Part shown: piece after piece, positions 46,727 through 58,000 of the stretch
Layout: each line of letters starts with the position of its first letter
Position numbering within the stretch: the stretch's first letter is position 1
Source: Heptranchias perlo
Taxonomy: Eukaryota
DNA: 64,000 nucleotides
Assembly (NCBI RefSeq): GCF_035084215.1
Contig: NC_090347.1
Span: 7,812,001 to 7,876,000 of the forward strand
Reading direction: 5' to 3'
Program-made: the position numbers and the translations under genes
Notes under the pieces: generated by a model
What the model saw: the letters and a program-made list of their open reading frames with translations, nothing else
The model's database searches: none
Told to the model about the DNA's origin: nothing

Positions 46727-47162
46727 GTGTCAGCTGTGGCTCAGTGATATCACTCTTGCCTCTGAGATATGGAGATCTGTGGGTTCAAGTCCCACTCTAG
46801 AGACTTAAGCCTAAAATCCAGGCTGAGGGAGTACTGCACTGTCAGAGATGCTGTCTTTCAGTTGAGACATTAAACTAAGCTCCTATCTGCCCTCTCAGAT
46901 GGACGTGAAAGATCCCATGGCATTATTTTGAAGAAGAGCTGGGTGTCCTGGCCAATATTTATCCCTCAATAAACATCACTGCAAGAGATTATCTGGTCAT
47001 TATCACATTGCTGTTTGTAGGACCTTGCTGTGTGCAAATTGGCTGCTGTGTTTCATACATTACAGCAGTGAGTATACTAGAAAAATACTTCATTGGCTAT
47101 AAAGCACTTTGGGATGTCCTGAGGTCGTGAAAGGCGCTATATAAATGCAAGTCTTTCTTTTC
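46727..47162 (+). mobile_element. Full-length SacSINE1-like (Deu-domain) SINE
   Basis: tRNA-like head with A-box TGGCTCAGTG and B-box GGTTCAAGTCC, central TCCTGGCCAATATTTATCCCTCAA...GATTATCTGGTCATT...TGTGCAAATTGGCTGC, L2-like tail AAAGGCGCTATATAAATGCAAGT. Confidence 0.85.
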
Positions 47163-47401
47163 TAAAACAGCAAATCATCCAATTTACAGTAAGCAATGCC
47201 ACAGGAGATTCATTAGTAGTAGGAAACAAAAGACTCAGTGCACTACACTGATGAACTGGAAGTCAGAGCTCTTTTAGAAATGGATGAATTTAATAAGACA
47301 GTATAAAACCCCCCAAAATAGCTGTTTCTTCCAGACAGTTTAAGCCTTTTTCGAAAACAAACAATTTAGTTATGGTACAGTTAAACCATCCTCACTAAAC
47401 C

Positions 47402-47500
47402 AATTAAAACTGAGATAGGAAATTACTCAGCAGGTCAGGCAGCATCTGTGGAGAAAGAAACAGTTAACATTTCAGGTCGATGGCCTTTCATCAGAACTCC
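47402..47500 (-). mobile_element. Penelope-like pseudo-LTR fragment (family A) with hammerhead motif
   Basis: Minus strand AGTT-CTGATGA-A-AGGCC-atc-GACCT-GAA-ATGT-T-AACT then CTCCACAGATGCTGCCTGACCTGCTGAGT. Confidence 0.75.
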
Positions 47501-47549
47501 ACTGTGATAGGGTTGAGTACCTTGTGGATTCACAAATAAGTTTTATTTT

Positions 47550-48355
47550 ATAAGAACATAAGAAATAGGAGCAGGAGTAGGCCAATCGGCCCCTCGAGCC
47601 TGCTCCGCCATTCAATAAGATCATGGCTGATCTGATCCTAACCTCAAATCTAAGTTCATGTCCAATTTCCTGCCCGCTCCCCGTAACCCCTAATTCCCTT
47701 TACTTCTAGGAAACTGTCTATTTCTGTTTTAAATTTATTTAATGATGTAGCTTCCACAGCTTCCTGGGGCAGCAAATTCCACAGACCTACTACGCTCTGA
47801 GTGAAGAAGTTTCTCCTCATCTCAGTTTTGAAAGAGCAGCCCCTTATTCTAAGATTATGCCCCCTAGTTCTAGTTTCACCCATCCTTGGGAACATCCTTA
47901 CCGCATCCACCCGATCAAGCCCCTTCACAATCTTATATGTTTCAATAAGATCGTCTCTCATTCTTCTGAACTCCAATGAGTAGAGTCCCAATCTACTCAA
48001 CCTCTCCTCATATGTCCGCCCCCTCATCCCCGGGATTAACCGAGTGAACCTTCTTTGTACTGCCTCGAGAGCAAGTATGTCTTTTCTTAAGTATGGGCAC
48101 CAAAACTGTATGCAGTATTCCAGGTGCGGTCTCACCAATACCTTATATAACTGCAGAAATACCTCCCTGTTTTTATATTCTATCCCCCGAGCAATAAAAG
48201 CCAACATTCCGTTGGCCTTCTTGATCACCTGCTGCACCTGCATGCTAACTTTTTGATTTTCTTGCACTAGGACCCCCAGATCCCTTTGTACTGCAGTACT
48301 TTCCAGTTTCTCGCCATTAAGATAATAACTTGCTCTCTGATTTTTCCTGCCAAAG
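47550..48355 (-). mobile_element. CR1 LINE 3' part, young
   Basis: Open frame ...KANGMLAFIARGIEYK...LVRPHLEYCIQFW.PY...stop at 47656; (TTCTTATG)n tail. Confidence 0.9.
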
Positions 48356-48654
48356 TTTTAAAACCAGGTCAGCCATGGTTTCTATATCCTGGTCACTATC
48401 CAGTGACCACTGCTGAAAAGTGTGGCTGTCGGGTGAGGTCAGAATTTGGCTTGGATGTGAGAGCCTGGTCCAGTGGCGGATGAGGGAGGGATGTCCAACT
48501 ACTGGAATGAAAGAGGACTGTCCCTAGTGGAACTTCCAAGGTCAACCTCATTTTCATAACTGCAGTACGCTTCCAACATGAAGAATAGCTCCCATTGTGC
48601 TGCTGCAGGATTTAAAACACTGGAACAACATCTCAAAGGGGAGCTGCAATTTTT

Positions 48655-48920
48655 AATTCAAATTTAGGAAAATGATTCCAGCCAATTTTGGGACCAATTA
48701 TTCACACAAAAGGTGATAAATATGTGGACTAACTCACCAAGGAAAGCCACTGAGGCAAATAATATAATTAGGTTCAAGAGGCAACTGGATGCATATGTGG
48801 AGAAAGAGGAGCCTGAGGGACCTGGTGAGAAGGTGGGACGGCAAGAGAGAAAGCAACAAAAAATCGGGAGCTTGTTGGGCAAAATGACCTAAATTACTAA
48901 AATGTTCTGTTTTCGTAATA
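48655..48920 (+). mobile_element. Old CR1 3' end
   Basis: TTCACACAAAAGGTGATAAATATGTGGA..TCACC...TTCAAGAGGCAACTGGATG...TTGGGCAAAATGACCT. Confidence 0.55.
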
Positions 48921-49904
48921 TATTGTTTATAAATGGCTGAATTTAGAATGAGAAATACCGCCTAGACCAGGGTTGAGTGTGAGCTGGGGTGAGTCATTAG
49001 TCTGGGCTTGTTAGGATCAGCTAGTTGTTTGCTAGCTGAATATCATATCACATAGTCAGGAATGAGTAACAAGTGAGTAATGAGCAAATATGATGAATAT
49101 ATTACGGAAACAAAATTCAAAGTTCAAATAGTTCATGGCCATCACTTGAACTCCTGAGAATAAAGAGGAATTTTTACTAAATTGTACTCTGGCTGTGGAG
49201 CCTTCCCCGCCTGGAGCGCCTATCGGGAACTTCACCATGCGACTTAATTCTAAATATGTGCTTCTAGCAGGAAAGGTTCCACACCAGGAGTGTGGTTTCT
49301 AAATTCCATTTTTTTCTGCATTTCCTTTCATTCATAAACCGTGTTCTCAATAAAATAAAAGCAGTGCTAATGCCATTTCACAGTAGTGCGAAAATTACAT
49401 TGATCCAGATGTTACAGTGATGTCAGCACAGGTGAATACGCAGGAATGGATGTAAGGCCGGAATTCAATCAAGGGGTCCAGGTGATGTGTGTTTTAATTG
49501 TTTATAACAGTTGCTCATCCTGAAATTGAGGACAGGTTGGATAACTGCTCCCAGGTTTCTTCCAGTGCCTGTCTATAGTCTGCTACTAAGATGCATACAG
49601 GACCATTCTCGGGTTGACTAGTTCTGATTTTCCCTCACATCTGGTGAGAAATATTTCCTGTCCACCCGATGCGTCTCATCCCCAGGTTGACAACAGGACC
49701 TCATTGTTTGGGAAACTTTTTTCCAGTTTTCCTTTCTTGCAACTAGTAGCCAAAAGATGGTTCTTGATGTGAAAAATCAAGACAATATCAGGAGGCAATT
49801 CCATCACAAGGATGATTCCCAGTGTCAGACAACCTAGTTATGAAGACATAATGAATAAACTTCTACAGGCATGAGACAGGAGGGGTTCCCAGAGGTATAT
49901 AATA

Positions 49905-50376
49905 AAAGAAATAACTTAAATTTATGTAGCACCTTTCACAACCTCAGGACATCCCAAAGCACTTCACAACCAATGAAGTACTTTTGAGGTTTAGTAATGT
50001 AGGCAACTGCATTTGCACACAAGGACCCACAAATAGCAATGAGATAAATGACCAGATAATCTGTTTTGGTTGAGGGATAAATGTTAGCCAGGACCTGGGA
50101 GATCTTCCTGCTCTTCTTTGAATAATGCCATGAGATTTTTTTTAATGTTCATCTGGGAAAGCAGCCAGAACTGCAATTTTAACATCTCATCTGAAAGACA
50201 GCAAGCTCCAACAGTGCAGGACTCCCTCAGTACTGACCCTCCAACAGTGCAGCACTTCCTCAGTACTGCACTGAAGTGTCAGCCTAGGTTATGTGCTCAA
50301 GACTCTGGAATGGGGCTTGAACCTATGGCCTTCTGAACTCAGAGGTGAGAGTGCCACCACTAAGCCAAGGTTGACA
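49905..50376 (-). mobile_element. Full-length SacSINE1-like SINE with an internal 33-bp duplication
   Basis: Reverse complement colinear with 46727-47162; duplication at 50206-50268. Confidence 0.8.
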
Positions 50377-50864
50377 AAAGAACAAGGAACACAGGTCCAT
50401 GCTGATGAAAGGGGGAAATTTAGGACTGGTTGCAGGAGGTTCTTCACACAAACAGGGGTCAAGGCTTAGGACGAAATCCTGGGTTGGGTTAGTGGAGGCA
50501 AAGGACATTTGGATGCTGTGATATTGTAGTTTTATTTCTGGATGGTTAAGAAGGGCCAAATGACCTTTCTCATCCACATTTATCTTTTCTTTAGAGCCTA
50601 GCCCGATCCTGCCCTCAAAAGACTTCTACACTTTCTAGTAAAAGTGTGGAGGATGGGAGGCCAGCCTGGAAAACACTGAAATAATCAAGTCTGGAGGGGG
50701 TTAAATGTATGGCTGCGGCTTTAAGCAGAAGACGGGCTGATGTTACAGAGGGGGGGGGGGGAGTGCAATTTGTTTTTTTTTAAAAAAAAACCTATTCCAC
50801 CCTTCCCATCCCCAGTCTCCCCAATTCCTGCCAACCTCTCTTACCTCAGGAGCACTGAGGCCAC

Positions 50865-50985
50865 TGACTGCGGCCCGGGCCGGGCGCGTTACCCTGAAGG
50901 CGCCGGCAGGTGTCGCCACTCCGAGCGGAAGTCCCCACCCCGCCGGAAGTGCTGGCTCCGAATCTCCGCCCCCTCCCCACCCATT
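50865..50985 (+). promoter_or_regulatory. CpG-island housekeeping-type promoter of the next gene (probably ARHGDIA)
   Basis: Tandem ETS/GABP sites GCGGAAGT (50925-50932) and CCGGAAGT (50943-50950), GC box CTCCGCCCCCTCCCC; CpG-rich sequence extends to ~52500. Gene identity is inferred from synteny only. Confidence 0.6.
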
Positions 50986-51096
50986 CAGAGTCGGTCCGAT
51001 CCGTTCATTTGGGTGTCGGCAGAGCGTTGGTGTGAGGCGAGGTTTGTGCTGCAGCCCAAAGGCTTCTTTTTAAAAAATATATATATATAGAGCACG
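50985..51096 (+). other. Probable non-coding first exon
   Basis: ATG-free segment after the promoter motifs ending at ACG|GTAAGG; start position approximate. Confidence 0.5.
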
Positions 51097-51230
51097 GTAA
51101 GGAAGGGGGAAGCGGCGGAAATCTGTTTCGGTGACATCGCCCGGCGACTGTGGGGTTTTTGTTTGTAGAGAGGTGTAGTGACCGTTAATAGCGTGTGGGC
51201 TCGCGCGGCCCGGCGTCCAACGGCTCGGCA

Positions 51231-51573
51231 GCCCATAATCCGGAGCCCAGAGCGCGCGGCCCGGCGCCCATAATCCGGAGCCCAGAGCGCGCGGCCCGGC
51301 GACCATAATCCGGAGCCCAGAGCGCGCGGCCCGGCGCCCATAATCCGGAGCCCAGAGCGCGCGGCCCGGCGCCCATAATCCGGAGCCCAGAGCGCGCGGC
51401 CCGGCGCCCATAATCCGGAGCCCAGAGCGCGCGGCCCGGCGCCCATAATCCGGAGCCCAGAGCGCGCGGCCCGGCGCCCATAATCCGGAGCCCAGAGCGC
51501 GCGGCCCGGCGCCCATAATCCGGAGCCCTGAGCGCGCGGCCCGGCGCCCATAATCCGGAGCCCTGAGCGCGCG
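51231..51573. repeat. 35-bp GC-rich minisatellite, ~9.8 copies
   Basis: Unit GCCCATAATCCGGAGCCCAGAGCGCGCGGCCCGGC; unit 3 has one C>A, units 9 and 10 share one A>T. Confidence 0.97.
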
Positions 51574-52689
51574 CGAGCCGCCTCTGCCGCTTCAATCGAA
51601 TTTGCACCTGATTTGGGCGGGGGAGGGAAGAGATTGGGTGGAGATAGGGAATAATCCCTTTTTAAATTCAAATAAATGCCTGGGGATAGAAAAATAGACC
51701 CCGGAAGATGACTTGCACGGTGGAGAGTTTTTTTTTTCAACTGATTGATGAATCAGGAATATGGCGGGTCACTTCCTAGTTTGCAAATTTTTTTGGGAGA
51801 ATTTAAGGAAAAAATGTAAAATGTGTAATTATCGCGGCGAGGTTAGGATCAATTAATAATTGGGGCCTGCACCAATCCTCTGGGTAGTGCCACCCGGGCT
51901 GTGTGATTAAACACGGATTCAATTAGCAATTTTTTTTGTTAACTGTAAGTGGCATGAATGCACTTTTAATTAGTTGCATTTTTTTTTGCTTTTTAACCTG
52001 TACGGGCAATAAACCTTGTGTGACTGATGGCCCCATTTACTGCCCCGTCTCTAACCCTTTCTCATGGCAGGGCGGTGTCTTGGCGCCCGCTCCTCGGCTA
52101 TGCAGCTTTTGCAGCGACCAGGAAATGTGATATTGCTCTTTTCTTTAATAGCAGCGATTTGCCGCCTGTTCCTAATTCATTTTTCCGTCTCCGCTAAACG
52201 GAGCTCGAAAGTTACCTTTGCATAAGCTTCATCGATCACGAGAGCGAGGGCAAAAAATGAGAGCAGTGCTTTGTTGTACATCACAGAACGGAGCATAAGC
52301 TTTGCCCCATATAACACATGCCGCATGACTTTAGGTATCGGGCTCGTGCTATTCAATTTTTCTTTTTTCAGCTGCTAAAGAAAGCGGGTTGCAGCATGCT
52401 AGGATAGCCGGCCATATTGTTCATGCATATTCTTTGCCATAATTTGCAAATAAGGTTAAATGATTTGCAGGCCGCCGTGACGGGTCCTGGTTTTACAGCG
52501 TACGTTTTGATATACCGTTTATTTTTGTTCTCCCATAATCTACTCAAAGCACTGCTTTGGAACAGGGGCATCTAGCTATCAATGTGGTGATTTCCTTCTT
52601 TCAGATCATATGCCATTTCTCCCCGCCATTCACATTTCTGGTACCTTCCAGGAAGCCACTGTACACGCTAATTGATTAAGTGTTAATAT

Positions 52690-52985
52690 ATAACCACAGA
52701 AGGAGGCCATTCAGCCCATGGTGTTTGCTGGCTATCCCAAAGTTATCTCTAATTCCCACTGTCCTTTTTTCCCCATGGCCCTGTATCACCTTCAAATATT
52801 TACACATTTTTCCCTACAAAGATGTAATGGTGTCTGCATCAACTACTTCCTCTGGAAAAGCATTCCATGCTCCATCAACTCTAAAGAAGTTTGTCTTAAC
52901 CTGTCTTCCAATACTTCTAGAACAGTTTTATTGACCCCTTGTCACTGAATCCGCAACCAGAGGAAGTAGTCTTTCTTGTACTAGC
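52690..52985 (-). mobile_element. Old CR1 3' end
   Basis: CACAGAAGGAGGCCATTCAGCCCAT...GCATCAACTACTTCCTCTGG..AAGCATTCCA..., similar to 34270-34590. Confidence 0.65.
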
Positions 52986-54794
52986 AGATCTGGTGTGGGG
53001 TTGCCTGCTGTCTTGTAGTAATAGGGGTGTTAACAAAGTGAGGGGGAAAGTGTGGCACTGACAGTGTGTGATGTGCCAAACTTTTAATGTATTAAATATG
53101 TATATTTCTAGCTTGCAATTTGATATTTAAGCTTCAAATTTTGGGCAGTAGTGGAATTCACCAATATTGGTCGACTTGGGAGCTAAAATATTAGCCCCAA
53201 CATTGTACTTTTTTTAACTAAGAAACTTAAGTGATGCCAAATGTGAACTATTTCTTTGAGATATATCTGCTAAGCTGGGTGGGTGTAACCAGGAAATAGT
53301 GGCAGTAGCTCCTAATAATCTAGTGCTGTTAGAAATACATTGGATCATGAAAGAACTTGGTAAGTTTAACCTATTGTTTGGGGAGACCATGCTGCGTTAT
53401 GAAGAATGGTTTTCCAACAGAGGTAACAAACCAGGACTTGATGTCAGGCAGATGACCTGCTTCCAGCTTTGCCTTGCTGTTCCTGAACTGGCTGCTGAGA
53501 ACTGTTCTATTTTGCTCACAATCTCTGCTTTACTTTTCTCTCTTTCTCCTCTCTTTCCCCCCCCCACCCCGCGCGTGTTGTATAGTTGAGATTGGAAATA
53601 TATTTGAATCGTAATTACCAAAATAGGTGTATTTTTGGCAGCTCAGGTATGACTGAGGATGTAATATTTATTCCTCAAACATATCTACCACATGCATATA
53701 CATGCTGAATGTTATCCTTTATACCTAAACCCTATCATACTAGACTTAATCTGCATTCATACATATTCCATATTATAGATTATAAATAAGTATTACTAAT
53801 GTAGGTAGATAAAGATAATTACAGATGGTTCTTGGTACATAAACGGTGTATCTCCACCAATTGTTCAAATAGTCTTTGCCTCTATCAGCCTCTTCAGAAG
53901 GCAAGGTTCTAATTGATTGTTTTCAGGTAAAACTATATAGCATTGCTCACTGAATTAGACCCTAATTTGAAGAGTTGCATATTAATGAAGGTGCAGAATA
54001 ATTATGATATAATGAAACTTAGAGAAATTATAATAGAGCTGTAGTCTGTGTCTCAAACATGTCACATTGTGAACCAGATTGGACCAGTATGGGCTCCAAA
54101 AGCACAATGCAACAAATGAGAGAATGTCAAATGAAGCGGCAGCCATCTTCTGTTGAATATCATATGGTTCCACAGCATTTACTTTAAGTTTTTTTTTATG
54201 GTGTTGATTCATTTTGAGACCAAAGCCTGAAATTTACTGTTAACATTAGTGGACGAATGCTTACCTGCGTCAAAATAGCAGACAAAGGAATATTGTTTAA
54301 ATGTAAGTATTTTTTGCTATCACCAGTAATTTCTGGGCTTGAAATAATACAATGAGGAACAACTGAAACAAGTATATTATGTTAATTATCTCAATGTCCA
54401 GTATTCATTAAAGTTTTCTGTTCAGCGCTATGAAGCAGTAAACATAATCTCATATGAAATAGTATACATGTCATGTATTTCTGAAAATGCTGGAAAAAGC
54501 ACCAAATATTGTCAAATCAATTTTCTGGGGAGAGGATTTCCCCTCCCCCAAAACACAGGAAAATAAATCTACAAATATCCTGTACAGTATACCCACCACT
54601 AAAATTGCCACTCGTATAGTTCAGTAATTTTGCTTTGTAACACTGTGACATTGTCTCCATGGGGTGGTAACATTTTAACAGACATGCTCCAGAAACTGTT
54701 CTTGTACTGCAGATATCAAGTGAAAATTTCCTTAACATTTCAGTGCTGTCATATATTGATACTTCCAGGTGAACCAGCAGAGCACTACAAGATG

Positions 54795-55010
54795 AAGGAG
54801 GCTCGTGTGGAGCATAAACACTGGCATGGACTTGTTACCTCGAATTGTATCAAACTACAGCACAGAAACAGGCCATTTGGTCCAACTGGTCTATGCTGGC
54901 ATTTATGCTCCACATGAGTCTCCCCTCAACCCTACTCATCAAACTTATCAGGATATCCTTCTGTTCATTTCTCCCTCTTGTACTTACCTAGCTTCCCCTT
55001 GTATATACAT
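54795..55010. mobile_element. Two tail-to-tail CR1-type 3' fragments
   Basis: 54797-54831 and 54889-54923 are inverted homologs of the 9978-10012 segment. Confidence 0.65.
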
Positions 55011-58000
55011 AAACACATTACACTAAGGTTGTATTTGAACAGGAGCCAGATGCAGTGGAAGGCAGTTACAATAAAATCAATGTTTAAATGGTGTGTGTCA
55101 TTTAAGTTGATAGATACAAAGTCAATGGCGAAGTCATAGGAGTGGTTATTGTAGCAGTTGTAATCTGAGACTGGGCTACTTCAGTTGAAATGTTTTATGT
55201 CAAAGTTAATAGGTAGCCAAGACCAGTAAATTAAGCAACATAATAGGTTTGGTCTGATGGATCAGTGAAAGCACTGCAACATGGCTGGTCTTTTTGGTTT
55301 AGATACAGAGGAAGCTGCTTGCGTGCATTTCATAAGCTACTTTGATAAACTTGTCAATAGCTGCTGGGTATGAAGAATTTTTCTAGTTTGGTTGTTTGGA
55401 TCCATCTGTCACATCACACATACATCAGCTTTTAAAAGCTTTTTTAAAAACCATTGACTGGTGTGTATCATTTCCTTATGTAACTCTCACTATTCATGTT
55501 GATTTTTAAATTAGCAGTTTGGGTCCTGTTGTCTTGAAAATGGAAAATGCTGCCAAAGAAAGATTTGTAACCATATCAGTGATCCAAGGTGTTCCTCAGT
55601 CACTTGACTGCAATGAGGCTTTGAGCCTGTGAATAAACTTACCAGGGCCAGTTCTTAAATTACTGAGTGACCAATGTGAGTGCAATAACACTAATATATG
55701 TATGGTAGCAAATAAATGATTAACCGAGAACAGTGCTCAATCTTCGGTTTAAAAGCTGAGCCCATTGGAAGCCTAAATTTTTTTTAAAAATGCTAATTTT
55801 ATTGAGCATCTAGAACTTGTTTTTCAAAAACTAGTTCTGTACCTTCCCGTATCCCTTAGATATGCAGGATGAGTTGGGTACAGAAACATCCTTTTGCTTT
55901 TCTGCTGTCAAAGCTAGCAAGATTTATTTTTGACCTTGCAGGGGAGCTCCAATAAGATCACCTTATATTGGAGTTACTAGCCATAATTTTCTGTAATTCA
56001 AAAACCTGATACTGAACAGAAGCAATATTCATGTCTACCACTTGCAACTCCTTTGTACTGCAGCCTATTACATTACATCCATGTTTTTTTTGCTTAATTT
56101 CCATTTTTAACTTCCTTTTAAATCCTTTAGATCAGTTTTATGTTTGCATTTTAGATTTACTTGCCTTTTATTCTTGACAGCTTTTGCCTTGTTTGCTTTC
56201 ACCTTTTTCATTTCATGTCAACCTTTGTATATTTTTTGTGCAATTCCCCCCCCCCCCCCTTCATTTTATGGTTATGGAACCAACAAGACAAGTGGGGAGA
56301 TGGAATTCAGCATGTAAATAAGGTGGCAGGAATTTAAAGAAATTGGGACTGATTATCACTCTCCGCCTCTTATGTACAATCTCGAGAAATGAAAACTCTT
56401 TTTGGGCATTGAGAAGGGAAAGCAGAAGAAACCACTTGAATCTGGAAGTGCGAAGGTTGGAACACGAGGGGTTTGTATGACAAACTGCTTGGGTTTTGCA
56501 TGTATCTCTCCAGTGTTGTAGCTTTTTAGCAAATGTTTAGGAGCTCTCTATTTAAAAAAAAATTATACTGTAATAGTCCATGGTAATTTTATTGTTTCTG
56601 CAAATCTTGTGATTTAATGAAATACAAATCAGTTTGTTTCCTGGGAAAGCCTATAATTAATGGAATTCTGTAATGAGTTTTATACCATGACACTTCTGTT
56701 GATTATGCTCTTTCCTTGCCAACCAGCAGGGACACTGGAATTATGAGAAGAGACTGCAATTCATTCTCATTCATTTTTTTCCTTCTTTCCCTACTAACCT
56801 CCCCCTGGATGCAACTTGTTCAAACTCCAGTCTCCCAGTTGAGAGTGGGTAGTTGTAGCTATTTTCCTGCTAAAGAGAAAACTATAGTGATAGTCCCCTT
56901 CTAATCTGATTCTGAAAGTTTTGTATTTTGTCTCCTGTTGTCCATTTATCTTTTAACAACTGAAAATGAGTGTTTAGTATGGTATGTCACAGAGGAAGGT
57001 GGACAATTAGAACTACATGTAGGGTTCTTTTGTATTGTATTTTTTTCACTTTTGTTTGCTGTGCCTTCTGTACTTTTTGTGCAGTCACCGATTCCCTGAA
57101 TGCCGATTGTTCTAAGGTGGCCAGTTTCTGGTTTATGTTTTGAATTCATTTGAGAGGCTTTGTGTACCTGTGGATCCTCATATAATGAATTTCCCAACCT
57201 CAGCCCAGGACAAGTGCTGTGTAGAGGCAGGCTTTTCCCATTCAAGGGATTGAATAACACCAATCCACTGGTTTCAGCACCTTTATAGCAGTGAGAACAA
57301 GAGTTGGCAAATGGCTCTGATCTTGCCTGTCTCTGGGTATATAATTTGTGATGTCAGGACCCTTAGTAGGAGGAGAAAGTAGTGTCTTTTCTAAAGTTGA
57401 TTTCTTTCTGTAGTGACCACCTGAAGTGTATCCCAAGACAATTGTATTACTTAAGTAGCTTCAGTCATCTTTTTGTGCCAAATAATGAGAACTAATTTGA
57501 CTGCAACATCAATTAGTGTCTTTTTGAGCATTTATGACTGTATTGGATGAAGTTAAATCAGGTGCTTTAAATTAAATTTGGTGGCAGGTTTGGAGTATTA
57601 TACCATTTCACAATTTGTATCAATTTGCTTGTGTATAAATCTTGATTAAGGTTAAAGCATTCTTTGTGCTAAATACAAGCATGTTCCTATTTGACTAATT
57701 CTATCATTACTGACCAGCATACGTAAGCAGGAGCTTCTAATTAATGTGTGCGTCTTAGAATTTCAGGGGTGATATGTAATTAAAATTGATGCATTGTTTC
57801 CTACCAATAATTATACATGTTTTAGAACAAATTACATTGAAGCACAATAAATTGAAACATAGTATTGTCCAGTTTACTTTATTACAAATGTTCTGACTAT
57901 AACTTGTGCTGGCATGGCAACAGTGTGATGTTAGCTGGCGTATCTAGTGTGGGAAGGCTCTCAATGTTCATTAAATGTACAAATAGGATGGGGTGCTTGC

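Noticed and set aside
46737-46795. tRNA gene
   Set aside because: The A and B boxes belong to a SINE head; no complete cloverleaf or Pol III terminator
51231-51573. CRISPR-like array (35-bp repeats)
   Set aside because: Units are contiguous with no unique spacers, there are no cas genes and the context is vertebrate; it is a minisatellite
50985-51740. Overlapping 140-251 aa minus-strand ORFs
   Set aside because: Produced by the stop-free 35-bp repeat read in three frames; no protein family features
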